Shown one piece after another: positions 62,644 through 64,000 of a stretch of 64,000 bases of DNA (position 1 is the first letter of the stretch; the number at the start of each line of letters is the position of its first letter). Source of the DNA: an uncultured delta proteobacterium (GTDB lineage Bacteria > Desulfobacterota > Desulfomonilia > UBA1062). The position numbers were made by a program, and so were the translations under genes. The stretch covers positions 96,001 through 160,000 of the forward strand of contig CAVVYZ010000005.1 in assembly GCA_963752595.1 (NCBI GenBank), written 5' to 3'. A model generated the notes under the pieces. That model worked only from the letters and a program-made list of their open reading frames with translations, did no database searches and was not told where the DNA came from.

Positions 62644-63608
62644 CTACGATCCTTTGGCATCGTTCCAGAGGAACAGCTCGCTCACTGATTCATCATGATA
62701 GATCCGTTTGATTGCCTCTGCAAGGAGCGGTGCCACGCTCAAGACCTTATCTTCTTGCAGGTCTGCGGCTTCCCCCTTGAGCGGAATGGTATCCGTGACA
62801 ACCAGCTCTTCCAGAGGAGAAGCTGTGATCCTGTGGATGGCGGGACCTGAGAGCACAGGATGGGTACAGCAGGCAAGACCTTCACGGCGCCGGCATCTTT
62901 CAGATGCAACGGCGGCATTGGCAAGTGTCCCGGCAGTGTCTACCATATCGTCGACGAGCAGGCACACCTTGTCCTTTTACATCACCGATGATGTGCATGA
63001 CATCGGATTCGTTCGCCCTCTCCCGTTTTTTATCGATAATCGCCAGGTCTGCTTTCAGCGGTTTCGCATATGCACGGGCCCGCTCCACGCCTCCTGCATC
63101 CGGAGAGACCACGCAGAGGTGATCCATGAACTTGTCCTTGATATAGTTCAGCATGACAGGCTTTGCATACAGATTATCAACCGGGATATCGAAGAATCCC
63201 TGAATCTGGCCTGCATGGAGGTCCATGGTCAGCACCCTGTCCGCCCCTGCAGACCGTGAGCAGGTCTGCGATGAGCTTTGCCGTGATAGGAGTGCGGGGA
63301 GAAGCCTTCCGGTCCTGACGGGCATATCCGAAATAGGGAATGACTGCAGTGATCGTCTGGGCCGATGCGCGTTTGACCGCATCGAGCATGACCAGAAGCT
63401 CCATGAGATGCTCATTTGTAGGAGAACAGGTAGACTGGACAATGTAGATGTCTTTACCCCGGATGCTCTGGTGAATATCCACGGCTGTCTCGCCGTCGGA
63501 GAATTTCTTTACCTCGGCGCTCCCGATTTCGATGCCCAGAATAGTGCAAATGCTTTCCGCCAATTGCCTGTTGGAGTTACCGGAAAAGACACAGATGCTC
63601 GTCTCCAT
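62644..63608 (-). CDS. prs: Ribose-phosphate pyrophosphokinase, several frameshifts
   Basis: [33 protein letters not shown] and [10 protein letters not shown] motifs across three ORFs. Confidence 0.95.
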
Positions 63609-63636
63609 TTGACCACATTCTCCTTATTTGCTGATT

Positions 63637-63710
63637 TGGCTGGGACGGGTGGACTCGAACCACCATAACGAGATCCAAAATCTCGTGTCCTGCCATTAGA
63701 CGACATCCCA
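63637..63710 (-). tRNA. tRNA-Gln(TTG)
   Basis: TGGGATG acceptor arm, anticodon arm CGAGA-TTTTGGA-TCTCG, GGTTCGAGTCC T arm, encoded CCA; located between spoVG and prs. Confidence 0.96.
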
Positions 63711-63760
63711 ACATATGAGACCACTACCTCATGGTGCTTCGGGAATATCCTATAGTAAAA

Positions 63761-64000
63761 TTACATCTCGCTGGCAATCTTTTGTTGATAGGAATCCAGA
63801 ATGGATTTCTCTATCTTGTCTCGTGTCTCCATGTTCAATGGATGAGCCGTGTCTCTGAAAGTACCGTCCTTCCGTTTACGGGAAGGCATAGCTACAAACA
63901 ATCCCGTTGTCCCATGAATGACCCGTAAATCCCGGATAACGAAGCAATCATCGAATACTACCGAAGCATACGCCTTCAATTTGTCGTTATCCTTGACCGG
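63761..64000 (-). CDS. spoVG: SpoVG family regulator, start beyond window
   Basis: LKAYASVVFDDCFVIRDLRVI.G..GLFVAMPSRKRKDGTFRDTAHP. Confidence 0.95.
   Translation of the reverse strand, partial: PVKDNDKLKAYASVVFDDCFVIRDLRVIHGTTGLFVAMPSRKRKDGTFRDTAHPLNMETRDKIEKSILDSYQQKIASEM

Noticed and set aside
1-64000. CRISPR array or cas genes
   Set aside because: No regularly spaced 25-45 bp repeats with unique spacers and no cas-like ORFs were seen.

Overview
Bacterial chromosomal window, most consistent with a Desulfobacterota/deltaproteobacterial genome (inferred from spoVG-tRNA-Gln-prs order, rdgC, many PAS kinases, sigma54-type promoters). Most of it is ordinary housekeeping, transport and signalling DNA: RND efflux, two-component systems, motAB, pit, ktr/trk, corA, comM, prs. 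Many single-base frameshifts, including in prs and hslO, look like assembly errors. The stand-out is an AT-richer accessory island at ~4.9-10.8 kb. It starts with an IS256 with an 8-bp target duplication and nested IS/MITE debris. Two identical 147-bp MITEs then bracket an integrase-less integron cassette array of three putative anti-phage cassettes: an AbiGi/DUF2971-like ART-motif protein, a two-gene CBASS-like operon (SMODS/CD-NTase with AGS-C domain plus SLATT effector), and an HNH-WYL fusion. Cassette boundaries are visible as attC sites whose R'' ends are complementary to the cassette starts. Other notable items are an unannotated 36-aa ribosomal protein bTHX gene, an orphan atpE and an atpZ/atpI-like gene on divergent sigma54-type promoters, a group II intron 3' remnant, an internally deleted IS1182 with ends resembling the MITEs, and a 178-nt hairpin element. 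All family assignments are motif recognition by eye; no database searches were run.
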